NCBI GenBank assembly: GCA_000091205.1
Contig: AP006486.2
Source: Cyanidioschyzon merolae
Lineage: Eukaryota
Direction: 5' to 3' (one strand)
Length of the DNA stretch: 64,000 nt
The translations under genes and the position numbers were made by a program. The notes beneath the pieces are model-generated. The model ran no database searches, was not told the origin of the DNA, and saw only the letters and a program-made list of their open reading frames with translations. The first letter of the stretch is position 1; each line of letters begins with the position of its first letter. This document shows, piece by piece, positions 1 through 11,164 of the stretch.

Positions 1-1284
1 GCGCGAATCGCGCAAGTGACGAATGAGCTTCGCAAGAGAGGCCTCGTCCTACAGAACTTCGCTTCCATTTCAGAACAGCAAGTGGGTGGCTTTTTTCAGG
101 TGGGTGCACACGGGACGGGGATCCGTATCCCTCCTGTCGATGAACAGGTGGTATCATTCCGGATAGCGACACCTGCCGTAGGCTCGATAGAAATAAGCAG
201 CGGTCATCCGTTGTTCGGATTGTTGCGTGTTGGCCTCGGTGCCTTCGGCGTTGTGACCGAGGTCACTCTTCAAGCCACCGCAGCACACAAACTCGTCGAA
301 TACACAAAGGTGATGACGCACGAAGAGCTGCGAGATAGGCATGAAGAGTTACTAAGTCAACACCAGCATGTGCGCTATATGTGGATACCGTACACGGACT
401 CTGTGGTCGTTGTCTACTCGGACCCGCTAGAACGTGCCTCTGCGCCAAACAGTGCGGATATGCAGCACCTTACGAACGATTACAAACTGGCACCATTGCG
501 TGAGTTGTTACTCGCGAGCGCTGGAAACAGACTGTCGCCACAAGAAGTACAGAGAATGTCTTTTGCGGAGATGCGGGACTACCTGATTGCGAGAGACCCC
601 TTGAATACCGAGTGGATTCGGCGAGTGAATCAGGCCGAGGCAGCGTTTTGGAAACGCAGTGAAGGCATACGCATCGATTGGAGCGATAGAATTCTGGGCT
701 TTGACTGTGGCGGCCACCAATGGGTAAGTGAAGTCGCTTTTCATGCACCGCTTGGCCAGCGTCGTGATCTCGAATACATGACGAAGCTGTTGCGCCTCAT
801 TCAAGATCACCAAATACCAGCACCGGCACCAATCGAACAGCGCTGGACCTCGGGAAGCGGATCTCTGATGAGTCCTGTCTACCGGGGACCGGATACGCTC
901 CCGCCGGATCAAGACGTTTACTCGTGGGTTGGGATTATCATGTATTTACCGACAGATGATGAGGCTGCGCGTCAAAGTATAACCAGGGAATTCTGGCGAT
1001 ACCGGCACCTATGTGCAAAGTTATGGGAAGCGTACGATGCCGCCGAGCACTGGGCCAAGATTGAAATCCCCAGTCCATCGTATATGGGATCAGAGGACGC
1101 ACTCCGATACAAAAACTTCATTTTGAAAAGAGTTCGGGAGAAGTATCCATTGGACAACTTTGGACGCGCGCATAGGATGTTGGACCCTAACCGCATCATG
1201 ACGAATGCTTTCATCGATGAGGTATTGCTCGATAATGTGGAACCATCGAAAGAATCGAACGTTTCGCAGGACCGCGTTATCTGA
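1..1284 (+). CDS. GLDH: L-galactono-1,4-lactone dehydrogenase, C-terminal ALO-domain portion. The 5' end is cut by the window: the frame is open back to nt 1 with no ATG, and the listed ORF 'start' at 16 is a GTG.
   Basis: Long blocks match plant GLDH by recollection: LQNFASI.EQ.GG..QVGAHGTG, IPYTDSVVVVY, KVNQAEAAFWKRSEG, ILGFDCGG.QWVSE, IPAPAPIEQRWT, SWVGIIMYLPT, EHWAKIEIP and LDPNRI. The frame stays open to position 1. Confidence 0.85.
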   Translation, partial: ARIAQVTNELRKRGLVLQNFASISEQQVGGFFQVGAHGTGIRIPPVDEQVVSFRIATPAVGSIEISSGHPLFGLLRVGLGAFGVVTEVTLQATAAHKLVEYTKVMTHEELRDRHEELLSQHQHVRYMWIPYTDSVVVVYSDPLERASAPNSADMQHLTNDYKLAPLRELLLASAGNRLSPQEVQRMSFAEMRDYLIARDPLNTEWIRRVNQAEAAFWKRSEGIRIDWSDRILGFDCGGHQWVSEVAFHAPLGQRRDLEYMTKLLRLIQDHQIPAPAPIEQRWTSGSGSLMSPVYRGPDTLPPDQDVYSWVGIIMYLPTDDEAARQSITREFWRYRHLCAKLWEAYDAAEHWAKIEIPSPSYMGSEDALRYKNFILKRVREKYPLDNFGRAHRMLDPNRIMTNAFIDEVLLDNVEPSKESNVSQDRVI

Positions 1285-1465
1285 ACGCGCGCCCGACGCT
1301 TTGACCTCAACGTCACAGAGTGCGGTTCTGCGGCGGCCGCTAACACATATGTTCCGACATGGTGCCTAGCGACATACTCAACGGAAAATACCCGGAGCAT
1401 GCAGGACAGCTTGCGACCATCTTGCACAGCGTGGACGCCTTGGAAACTTCAATCCCAGCATACGA

Positions 1466-1993
1466 CTACGGAGATCGGTGAACGTTCGAACGGGAATATA
1501 TGCGGTCAAGGAAACTGTTAATGTGAGAACGCGCAACTGTGTTCACGTCTACGGACTTTCGACCGACGCGGAACTCACCGTTCCGATAATAGTAATGCAG
1601 CCGCGTTCGCTTAATCACGTAGGCATGATTCTGGAACTCGAGAATATCTCCGTTATGGACACGAGGATCGAGCTTGAACTGCCCGAGGTAGTACGGCGGA
1701 GGCGTCGTGACGTAAACATCAAAAGGCAGTTTGTCGCGATTGTCTCGAGGCCACTTTTTTCGGCTGATGACCGCCATTTCTCCAGAAGAGTCCCCACTGT
1801 TACGCGGACCGTTCTCACCAGGCTCTTTTTCTTCAGGAGACGCTGCCAAGGATGCCACAAGCCGCCTCAACACTCCGTTCAGCGTTCGCGCCGGGGCCAC
1901 GCTGGAGAGCCCCGGCTGCACAGGACGACGAGGGCTTTGGCAGTACACGCGCAGCCGCGGACGCGACAGCAAACTAAATGTTTCTACGAACAT
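1466..1993 (-). CDS. Hypothetical small protein with an S/R/P-rich N-terminal presequence, possibly organelle-targeted. The start is placed at the first in-frame ATG; the ORF-track start at 2038 is a GTG.
   Basis: 175-aa ORF. It has an Arg/Ser/Pro-rich N-terminus (SLLSRPRLRVY..SPRRPVQPGLSSVAPARTL) followed by a non-repetitive, protein-like C-terminal half (LPFDVYVTTPPPYYLGQFKLDPRVHNGDILEFQNHAYVIKRTRLHYYYRNGEF). I recognise no family. Confidence 0.3.
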   Translation of the reverse strand: MFVETFSLLSRPRLRVYCQSPRRPVQPGLSSVAPARTLNGVLRRLVASLAASPEEKEPGENGPRNSGDSSGEMAVISRKKWPRDNRDKLPFDVYVTTPPPYYLGQFKLDPRVHNGDILEFQNHAYVIKRTRLHYYYRNGEFRVGRKSVDVNTVARSHINSFLDRIYSRSNVHRSP

Positions 1994-4448
1994 GAGCCCC
2001 CAGCTTTCGTGACTTTCACCGGAGTAACAACGCTGCACGCGACGTTCGGTACGAGTTTCACCACAGCGCCAGCGAGAGCGTGCTGATACGTGTCGCTCCC
2101 TCTCTTGAACAGAAATAATTCAGCAAGTCTCAGGGACAAACGCCTCTTGAAACCAACAGAGCTTTCAAAAAGAATCCAAACCTCCGGGATACCAGGCGAA
2201 GGAGCAAACGTATGTTTTACGGTGCAGGTAGAATATCTGTCAATCGCTGAAGCAGCCTATGCAGCAGGCGCTGCATGTGAAAGCAGAGCGCGCATTTCAC
2301 GTGCATCAGACACGCGTCGATCAGATCGCACGCGCGCACGCGCGCACGCATACGCATGCGCGGGAGGTCGCGCAGCGGACACGTGTACGCTGAACAACTC
2401 CTACAGTCTACGCGTTGACTATCGGCAGCGATCCGGCATCGATGAGGGAGCCTTGAGGAACGTCGTGTCGAGTGCTTGGATTCCGAAGCATGACGCATGA
2501 AGCGCGTCTTCGCTTCATGTTTTCTCGAAGGACCTACAGGCAGCATGGTGATTCCTGCTTGCTTCTTTCGATGATGATTCCGAACGAAGATAAAGGCATT
2601 GTTTCTGGTGCTTGTATATCTTTGGCCAAGTTACGTGTGCATCGCTTGTCCTATACTGGATTGGTTGGAATGCGCAGCAGTAGCAATTGCCTTCGTCAGG
2701 GACGATAGACTGATATGTCCTTCGTAGGGTGCTATTTGCGTCTAGAGGTCTGGATCGTGCACTGCACGGGCCCCTAGCGTCTAGGCGCTCGGGTAGCGAC
2801 AAGTTCGGTCTGCAGGGACCATGACGGGAGCGTCTGACTTCACGAGTTGTCTGCAGCTGCTGCTGGACCTCGGTCAGGTTGTGTATTCTTTAGAACCGTG
2901 CAGATTGGATGATTCATCGACTGTCTGGAAAAAAATTGGTTTTCAGAAGTTTACAAGGCAATCATTGGCGTCGGGCTGAAAATTCAAAGCGTAGCGGAGC
3001 ACGCTGATGAGTCCGATGTCGCAGTTAAGCTCGGGGGCAGCACATGCGTCTTGGAGCCGGTTAGAACTGCTGATACAGGTGATGCGATTGTCCGCAACGA
3101 TCTCTCTGGTGCTTTGATTTGGTTCAAACCCGTATCGCTCCTTTGAATCGCAGAGCTGTGACTCGTGTTCTCGCTGAGGGACTGTCTTTTGAGGCTCAGC
3201 TCCAAATCCATGGGAAATTCAAGTTGAGGCCTCGCACGAGTTCAGCTACGCAGCGTGCTGTATGCGTCGGCTCAGGCGGACATGCCGTCCAGGTGCTGCT
3301 AAGGATCTTCGCCACATGTAATACAAGTCTCGAAACAGGATCTAAATGATAGACAGATTCAATAACCATGCTCATTGTTCCTCAAAAACCGCCTCTATAC
3401 GCAGATCCACTCTCCAGAACACCGTTCTCCCCAAGATATCGCACAGCATTCCGCAGGTGCCCCGCTTGGAAACGATGACACGCAAAACAACGGCTGCATC
3501 GCTTTGTATGCCAAACGGCGAGACTGTGCTACTGGACTTGTGCTGTGGACAGCCAAAGATTCCTCAGTGCATCGCTTGTGCTTGAGAGCGGTACGGAGTG
3601 CTCAAAGCTGCAACGAACGCAGCGGCTAGTTTGCAGCGTCGCTGCTGCTCAGCGCAAACTGCTGGCACACGCCCATTTGCGTCATTTTGGCATATTCTCT
3701 CGATCTGCGTACCTCTATCCATCACCAGAGTCCCCGAAAACTGAAATGTCACAACACTTGATTGAGGCGTGAGCGCGCAACCAGCTACGCAACGAGACGG
3801 GGCTTCTTGCGTGACCTTTCGCACGCGCCTGCAGCTCCGCTATCTTTGAAGCCGCCCATATGCTGCAGGCCGTGTACTGGTGATGTCGAAGCCCATTTAC
3901 AACGACCTCGCGCCACTGGTAAGACGCGGCCGTCGTTCGGTGCCAGCTCTCGAGGCGACCGCCCTGAGCGCTGCGGTGCCAACGTTACCTCCGCGGCGCA
4001 CCTTGAAATGCACAAACTCTCGATCTGCAAGTTAATGAAGACCACCGCTGTTCACCTACCTTCCTTCGTATCAGCACCTGATATAGCACAACACGGTGTG
4101 TGTAGAACAGTCACCAAACGTCAAAAAACTCACATCTGAGATCCGCTGGGAACTGGTGAGCGCACATCCGAGCGCAGCGCTGCGCTATGGATGGGCAAAC
4201 AGGCCGCCTGTATCGATGCAGAATACTTTTGCCTTTGTACTTGGAACAGTGCGTGTGATACAGAGCATCGGCTTGTGTGTGTTGTTCTTGCGTCTGACAC
4301 TGTGGTTGCTGGGCTCTACCAGCACGTAAACACGTCTAACGCTTGATAGTGTTCTGGGTTCTTGAGGACAAGTCTAGCGCTTTTACGACGCAGATCGGAA
4401 GTGCTCGCGCACACCGCAAGTCTCCGGAAGCCAGTGCTACACGGATAA

Positions 4449-7019
4449 ATGTTTCGTTCTGAGGATATTGTTCTACTCCGCGTCTATTTTCAAAGAACAG
4501 CCGCACATGACTGTGTGGAAGAACTTGGACGCCGGGGTCTTGTAGAGTTTCGGGACCTAAACGCGAACACCTCGGCACTGCAGCGAACGTTCGCCGCTGA
4601 GCTCAAGCTGTGCGATGAACTACAGCGGAAACTTCGGTTTCTTTCCGAACAAGCAAATAAATATTTGCCAAGCGAGAAGACGTTTACAACCTTGGCTGCG
4701 CAATCACAACAGCTGATCGAAGCTGGACCTGGGTACAGCCGCGTACAAGCAACGGACACCGTGACGTTGGAGGATCTTAATGGGCAGCTCCGGAGACTTG
4801 AAGCGGATCTTGAGGAAATGAACCTTCACTGGGACGCGCTGCAGAGTGAGCTGATTACCATTCGTGAGCACGGTTACGTTTTGGAGCTCGGAGAAGCCAT
4901 TTTTTCGGAGGCCAGAACACAACGCATATCAGTGTCACAGTACGGGACACTGCCGCTTTTGGAATCCAACGTTCTAACAGGTGAAGACGTCATCTCGGAA
5001 CGTCGCGGACCCCCGGATGATTCCGAATCCGCAGGACAGCGCGTTGAACGAGGTCAAGGCCAGGGTTACACGCCTGTGAACGCAGTGCTTAATGTGTTCG
5101 CGGGTACCATAGCGGCGAAGCATCTGGAAGCATTCTCCCGAATGGTATTCCGTGTCTCGCGAGGGAACTGCTTTCTGAGATGGGTATCAATACCTGAACC
5201 CATCTTTGATATAGAGCGAAATGAGTCTGTGGCGAAGACGGTATTTGTTCTGTTTTTTCCGGGTCAGCATTTGCGATCGAAGCTCACCCGCATCTGCGAA
5301 GGGTTCGGCGCAACGCGCTATCCATTCCCCGACTCAACTGGTGAACGTGATCGCCTGAAAACGGAATTAGTAATCCGGAGACAGGAGCTAGAGGCTATCA
5401 TTGAGACAACACAAAGACAACGAGCTGATGTACTCGGTGAGGTAGCTACAAACGTAACATTCTGGACCGAGAAAGTTGCCAAAGAGAAAGCAATCTACTT
5501 CACACTCGATAAGCTGAATTACGACGTCTCCGAACGGGTTTTCGTAGGCGAGTGTTGGTGCCCCCGAGCGGAGATCGAAGAGGCCCGCGCAGCTATTCAT
5601 ATCGGCGATATCCGCTCGAATGCCCAGGCGCCTTCCATCATGGAAGAGTGCGCTACGGATGAAGCGCCTCCTACTTTCTTCCGATGCAATCGCTTCACTG
5701 CGGTTTGGCAGGATATCGTCGAGGCGTACGGTATTGCTGCCTACAAGGAAATGAATCCGGCTCCGTGGTCCATCGCGACTTTCCCTTTTCTGTTCGCAAT
5801 CATGTTTGGCGATGTTGGGCACGGCATGCTCATGACGGTCGCGGCGCTCTACGTCGTCTTCCGTGAGCGTCAGTGGCGTTATCGCAAGCTTGGAGATCTC
5901 CTGCAAACCATGTACGATGGCCGATATCTGATCCTTATGATGGGTGTATTCTCGATGTTTACCGGTTTGATTTACAATGAGTGCTTTGGTGTGCCGATCA
6001 ATCTATTCGGCTCCACTTGGAAGTGGGTAGACGGTTCCGCGGTCGCTTGTGGGATCGATCACTGCGAGCAGCCCAAGTTGGGAATGCCGCCCAAGAGAAC
6101 CTATCCGTTTGGCTTTGACCCCGCCTGGAAAATAGCCGAGAATAGTCTGACAATGCTGAACTCCTTCAAAATGAAAATGAGTATCGGCTTCGCGGTCGCG
6201 CAGATGACCCTGGGTATCATCTTATCGTACAGCAATGCGAGATACTTTGCGCAGTCGCTTGATATCTGGCATGTGTTTGTGCCGCAGATTCTGTTCTTTT
6301 TAGCTATTTTTGGCTATCTGCTTCTTCTCATCTTCCTGAAATGGTCAACAGACTGGAATGCGCCGGGAGCTTCGTCACCGCCTGACCTCAAGGCGGTGCT
6401 CATTGCCATGTTTATGTCGCCTGGGTCACTGCCACGAAGCCTGCGTCTTTTCCCAGGCCAACATGTGGTTCAGCTTGTGTTGCTCGCTATCGCCATCGTC
6501 ACGGTCCCGTGGATGCTCCTTGCAAAGCCGCTCGTACTTCGACGTCGGATGCGGACGCAACGACCTCATGCATACACGCCACTACACAATGGGGATCGAC
6601 GTGACGCTCCGGCGAACTTGAATAGTTCAGAGGCGGAGAGCAGGAAGGCAGAGCCTCACGAGTCGGTGGGCAATTTTGCGGAAATCTTTGTGAATAACAT
6701 GATTCATACAATCGAGTTCGTCCTCGGTGCAATTTCAAACACCGCGTCTTACCTGCGTCTCTGGGCGCTATCACTCGCACACGCGGAGCTCACGGACGTC
6801 TTTCTTCAGAAAATTCTGTATACTGCGCTGGCTACCGAAAATGTGATTGCTACCATGATTGGATTCGTGCTGTGGTTCGGTCTCACAGTTGGCGTTCTCA
6901 TGCTCATGGAGTCGCTTTCCGCATTCCTGCACGCGCTTCGACTGCACTGGGTTGAATTCCAGAACAAGTTTTACAATATTCATGGTTCTGGTGTGAAATT
7001 TACACCGCTTCGGCTCTGA
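4449..7019 (+). CDS. VHA-a: V-type proton ATPase subunit a (V0 sector 100-116 kDa subunit), full length and intronless.
   Basis: An ATG at 4449 follows an in-frame TAA. The N-terminus MFRSEDIVLLRVYFQ matches the conserved FRSE.M.L...L start of V-ATPase a subunits. The protein is 856 aa with multiple C-terminal hydrophobic helices and the conserved C-terminal LHALRLHWVEFQNKFY.G.G..F.P region. Confidence 0.9.
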   Translation: MFRSEDIVLLRVYFQRTAAHDCVEELGRRGLVEFRDLNANTSALQRTFAAELKLCDELQRKLRFLSEQANKYLPSEKTFTTLAAQSQQLIEAGPGYSRVQATDTVTLEDLNGQLRRLEADLEEMNLHWDALQSELITIREHGYVLELGEAIFSEARTQRISVSQYGTLPLLESNVLTGEDVISERRGPPDDSESAGQRVERGQGQGYTPVNAVLNVFAGTIAAKHLEAFSRMVFRVSRGNCFLRWVSIPEPIFDIERNESVAKTVFVLFFPGQHLRSKLTRICEGFGATRYPFPDSTGERDRLKTELVIRRQELEAIIETTQRQRADVLGEVATNVTFWTEKVAKEKAIYFTLDKLNYDVSERVFVGECWCPRAEIEEARAAIHIGDIRSNAQAPSIMEECATDEAPPTFFRCNRFTAVWQDIVEAYGIAAYKEMNPAPWSIATFPFLFAIMFGDVGHGMLMTVAALYVVFRERQWRYRKLGDLLQTMYDGRYLILMMGVFSMFTGLIYNECFGVPINLFGSTWKWVDGSAVACGIDHCEQPKLGMPPKRTYPFGFDPAWKIAENSLTMLNSFKMKMSIGFAVAQMTLGIILSYSNARYFAQSLDIWHVFVPQILFFLAIFGYLLLLIFLKWSTDWNAPGASSPPDLKAVLIAMFMSPGSLPRSLRLFPGQHVVQLVLLAIAIVTVPWMLLAKPLVLRRRMRTQRPHAYTPLHNGDRRDAPANLNSSEAESRKAEPHESVGNFAEIFVNNMIHTIEFVLGAISNTASYLRLWALSLAHAELTDVFLQKILYTALATENVIATMIGFVLWFGLTVGVLMLMESLSAFLHALRLHWVEFQNKFYNIHGSGVKFTPLRL

Positions 7020-8368
7020 GAGCGTAAACTGCGGGCCTGTAAACATTCAGAGCGACGAGCGGTGAAAGTCCCAGTCGTGGACGCTGCATACCGGAGTGCT
7101 TGGCGCCAGGTGCTTTCCTGTCTGAACGAAGTCGCTGTGAGAAGAAAACATGGTCAGAACCGCGTCCTTGGTATAACATGGAGAGACCCAACAATAATCG
7201 CTGCCGAGAACTTGTCGATGGACAAGTGTCGGAAGCGAGCACACCCTTTCCGGAAGGAAACACGAGTAGCATGCTTTCAAGCTGGTGCCTTTTCCTTCAT
7301 TACGTCGCTTCCGTTCTGTTCGCGCCCCCAGGACGACCGATAGAAACGTAAGAGCTCGTATCTCGCCCTGGAACAGGAAAACCCATCTTGAGACGCCCGA
7401 GCAGCGCTCGATAAAAGGCATGCTTTGTCTCCGCCAATTGAAACGCATCCTCCCCACACATGTAAGAGTGCAAAGCGTCAACGGTTAGGAAAGAGCCATC
7501 TTTGAGTACACAGACGCTTCCGCATTCCATATACAACACAGTTCGGTTTTGTGTGCAGCTGGAAGCAGTACAGCGGGTTCTTCGAATAGCGCCCACGTCA
7601 GCAAGCGTCCCAGGGGCTTACTGCAGGGCAAAGGTTACCATTATGATCAATAAAATGAAGTACAACATTTCACAATCAGGGCGTATGCATATACCTACTC
7701 ATAGACGCCTCCGAGCGTTCTTTGAACAGCCATCTGCTATCTACTTCAGTTTACCCATGCACACGTCGACCATGAAACGTTGCCGCACGAAGTTAAACGG
7801 CGTCAGCGGCGTTTTTCCAGCATTGGGAGTCGGATGCCTGCCTGTAAGCGTCGCACAGGTCGCGGAGGTCTCCCAGCATGTCCTTGTGCACCCCTTTGGG
7901 ATCAGCTCTCTGGAAGGGGCCTGCTGGGTCCGAAATAGACACAGAGTCTTGCCCCTATTCTGGATGGACGATACCTCAAGCTGACGCCCTCAATGGCATC
8001 GCTACGTACTACGCTCTCCGTGTCGCTTCCATGCATGCGCTAGGGACGAACTTTCGAACGCTTACAGCAGGCTCGGCGCCCCGTGGACCGTAGGAAATAG
8101 CCGCTATCTCCGAGAACAAGTACAGGCAATGTCATTTGAAGGTTGGAAGAGCGATGGGCGCTTTTGCGGATCGCTTATATCAGGCTCCGTCGCACATCAC
8201 AGTGCAGTGCACATATGCCGTCAACGGAATCGTGAGAGGATCCGCGTCATTGATGATCATTGATATCTCGTACATTTTGAGAAGATCTGGTACATACGGT
8301 ACGCTAGGTTCTTCGACCCGGTGTATTTGTTTCGATGTCTGCTAAGCTTAACAGTCAACACTGATGTG

Positions 8369-10060
8369 CGCATGATACTGGCGAGGAACTTGCTCCATGT
8401 ACCAAGACCCAGCTTGTACGTTGTCGCAGCGCTGGGAGCGTTTTCGCTCTTCCAAGTTGGTAGCACAGTCGCGAAGTATGCACTATGGTTCTGGAAACAG
8501 AAGCGCGCTGGCCGCCCTGTAAGTCGCGGGCTCCTTGAAGTCGTCACAGCGCTGGGGCCGGTACCGGTTCCGGGTTTCGGCAACGCTCTCTACTTGAGTC
8601 GCGTCGGTTTCTTCCGTGCCCTTTACGAGTCCTGTTTGGAACGCCAGGTCACGGTCTTTTGGCTTAGCAGCACGCCATTGTTGATCGTTTCGGCTCCTGA
8701 TCTGGTGGAACAGGTACTAACGAGTCGCACGTTCGAGAAGCCGCAGTATTTCGGGTATCGTTCCCGCACTGTAAAGACCGCTCTGGAGCTGCACCAAAGG
8801 GCCGAGCTTCTACGTGAAAAAATCGAGACTGCGGACCCAGATCAGCAGCAACGAGTTCGCGAAGACCCGTCGCGGGCGGCTTTGTTGGACTTGATTGACC
8901 GCTCGCTCACTGAAATCGCCTCGAGTACAGAAAAATTTCTCGCAGAGCTACGCGCTGAAGACAACGTGGGGAAAGACGCATCCAAGCTTATTCAACGATT
9001 CTACGTACAGCTTAACTGCAAGGTGCTATTCGGGCTGGTGGTCGATAATGCTGAAGCAACACGCATTGCGTCCGCTATCGAAAAGGCTGGTGCGGAGTTC
9101 AGCAGACGCATGATTTTGCCACAACGAGCCCTTTATGCATGGTTCGCCAACGTAAGCTACATCTACCATACAAGTGTCCTGCTTATCTTCGGGCAGAAGA
9201 TTCTCCGCCATCTGCGGATATCATCAAATTCGTGGATAAATGGCTGGCTTGGTAAAGCAGGTCGGCTGCGAAGGTTGGCGAAAGTGCTCGGCTTATTGAT
9301 GGCGGCTACGCAGACGGTGCCTATCGCTGCTAGCTGGGCACTGATACTGGTAAGCGTCCACGAAGATGTTCGTGAGAAGTTGGCTTGCGAGGCGCGACGA
9401 TTGCTTTCTGAAGATCTCAGTGTGAACGGGGGCAGAGGTGTCGCCCAACAGGGTTCGCAGACCTCGCAGACTACGCCAGCGCAAAAAGCAAACTTGACTG
9501 CATCGGACATTGCCACTGACGTGAATCGTCTATCCAAGCTGTTGAAGAAACATTCCTACTTTGATGCGGTAATTGCCGAAACGCTGCGGCTCTTTCCACC
9601 GTTTCCTTTGATTCAGCGGCAGGCTCAATGTGACACTCACTTGGGCGACGTATTTGTGCCCGGGGGAACCCTCGTGGCGGCTGTTCCCTGGCTTCAGCAC
9701 CATCACCCGGCGTACTGGAAACAGGCAGAATCTTTCAACCCGGAAAGATGGATCAGCCCAACGGATAATGTTGCTCGCCATGGAGATGCACCATCCGACT
9801 ACTGCTACATTCCGTTCGGAAGGGGTCGAAGAATGTGCGCAGGTAATCCGCTCGCGATGGTTGAGCTCAAGTGCCTCCTGTTGCTTGTTGCTTTACAGGA
9901 GCCGGACCTGCTCTTCGACTTGGAACCACAAGAGACGTCTCCTGAGCCTCAGGCTGGGATGCGGTTCCCGCCCCTGACCATGCGCCCGCCACGATTTGCT
10001 GTTCGACAGGAAGAACCGATTCATCGCAAGTTATGCCAGCAAAACTCGAATGAACTTTGA
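8369..10060 (+). CDS. Cytochrome P450 monooxygenase, family not assignable.
   Basis: It has the heme-binding signature FGRGRRMCAGNPLA (FxxGxRxCxG), the ExxR motif ETLRLFPP and the PERF-like FNPERW. There is an N-terminal hydrophobic anchor (LYVVAALGAFSLFQVG). The start is set at the first in-frame ATG (8369); the ORF-track start at 8321 is a GTG. Confidence 0.8.
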   Translation, partial: RMILARNLLHVPRPSLYVVAALGAFSLFQVGSTVAKYALWFWKQKRAGRPVSRGLLEVVTALGPVPVPGFGNALYLSRVGFFRALYESCLERQVTVFWLSSTPLLIVSAPDLVEQVLTSRTFEKPQYFGYRSRTVKTALELHQRAELLREKIETADPDQQQRVREDPSRAALLDLIDRSLTEIASSTEKFLAELRAEDNVGKDASKLIQRFYVQLNCKVLFGLVVDNAEATRIASAIEKAGAEFSRRMILPQRALYAWFANVSYIYHTSVLLIFGQKILRHLRISSNSWINGWLGKAGRLRRLAKVLGLLMAATQTVPIAASWALILVSVHEDVREKLACEARRLLSEDLSVNGGRGVAQQGSQTSQTTPAQKANLTASDIATDVNRLSKLLKKHSYFDAVIAETLRLFPPFPLIQRQAQCDTHLGDVFVPGGTLVAAVPWLQHHHPAYWKQAESFNPERWISPTDNVARHGDAPSDYCYIPFGRGRRMCAGNPLAMVELKCLLLLVALQEPDLLFDLEPQETSPEPQAGMRFPPLTMRPPRFAVRQEEPIHRKLCQQNSNEL

Positions 10061-10306
10061 CGGGGCATCCGTAATTCGTTAGGTATGATTCCAATATCTC
10101 CACATTAGACGTCGATATAATAATGTTCTCATTGCGAGCGACTGGCTTCAAGTCGAGACACAGATTGCCGATATAGATTCCATGCGAACGATCCCAAGCG
10201 ATATCAGGTCGCAAAGACGCCTTTGCCATGAGCAAATGCCATGGTTTGTACACCGAATATTCCCGGCCCTTCTCATATGAATAGTGCCCAATCGTGGTGA
10301 TGTTCA

Positions 10307-11164
10307 TCAGAAGCGCAGCTCTCCGTAAATCCCGTAATGGTCAGATGGAAATACAGCATGCCCGAGTCGCTCTCGACCCAAAAGCCGCATGGCGTTCGCT
10401 TGAAAAGGCCTAGTGAAAAGCACTTGGTCGAAACGAGCCCGCGGCCTGAACCGAGGTGGCAACTCCTTGACTTTGTTCGTGTTTGTGCGTGTGTCCCAGG
10501 TGAAACGCAAATGTGAAGGCTCCCCTACCTCAACAAATAGGTCAAAAAGTCGCATCTCTTCTGAGCCGATCGCTTTAGCGATTTCCTTCTCAAATCCTGC
10601 TTTTTCTTTCTCTCGAAAATTGGTATCTCCTGCAAATATTGCCGGGGTATCACCCTCGAGCATCTCATACGCGATTTGCCTCATCTGCTGAACTCGGACT
10701 TCCGAACAGGCAGTTCCGGATTCGAGGTGTGATGTAAGCACTCGAAACTTGAAATCTCCGCACATATCTCTGGGCTCGAGCTGTATTGCGAGCAGACCTC
10801 TTCCCTGTGAAGAGTTTTCAAATTCAGTGTATTCGTATCCGTGAACTCGATACTTGCTTCGGTCAACGAACGCCATCACGAAGTATGCCTGCTCTGAGGG
10901 TAAGCCGAGATCAACAATTGGCTCATATAGAGCCTCAAGACGACGCAAGAGGACCTTGTAACAAGAATCATGCTGACGAGCGGACGTAATCGTCGACTGC
11001 TCTTTCTCGCCCTGCCAAGAGGAGAACGGTAAATCAGAGACTTCTTGAAAAAGCACCACGCCGGGTTTTGCACCCAGGACCTCTTCGGCAATAGCTGTAA
11101 ACCGCTCGTAGTTAAACGGAGAGTCGAAGTCAACGTTCCATGTTACCAGCCGTATATACGACAT
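10307..11164 (-). CDS. TDP2: Tyrosyl-DNA phosphodiesterase 2-like enzyme of the endonuclease/exonuclease/phosphatase (EEP) superfamily.
   Basis: The start is an ATG. The motifs VTWNVD, LFQEV, LTSHLES, IFAGDTNFRE, TWDT.TN.N, RFDQVLF and the C-terminal FPSDHYG all parallel human TDP2 (SLITWNIDG, LQEV, MTSHLES, IFAGDTNLRD, TWDTQMNSN, RFDRIFF, FPSDHWG). Confidence 0.75.
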   Translation of the reverse strand: MSYIRLVTWNVDFDSPFNYERFTAIAEEVLGAKPGVVLFQEVSDLPFSSWQGEKEQSTITSARQHDSCYKVLLRRLEALYEPIVDLGLPSEQAYFVMAFVDRSKYRVHGYEYTEFENSSQGRGLLAIQLEPRDMCGDFKFRVLTSHLESGTACSEVRVQQMRQIAYEMLEGDTPAIFAGDTNFREKEKAGFEKEIAKAIGSEEMRLFDLFVEVGEPSHLRFTWDTRTNTNKVKELPPRFRPRARFDQVLFTRPFQANAMRLLGRERLGHAVFPSDHYGIYGELRF

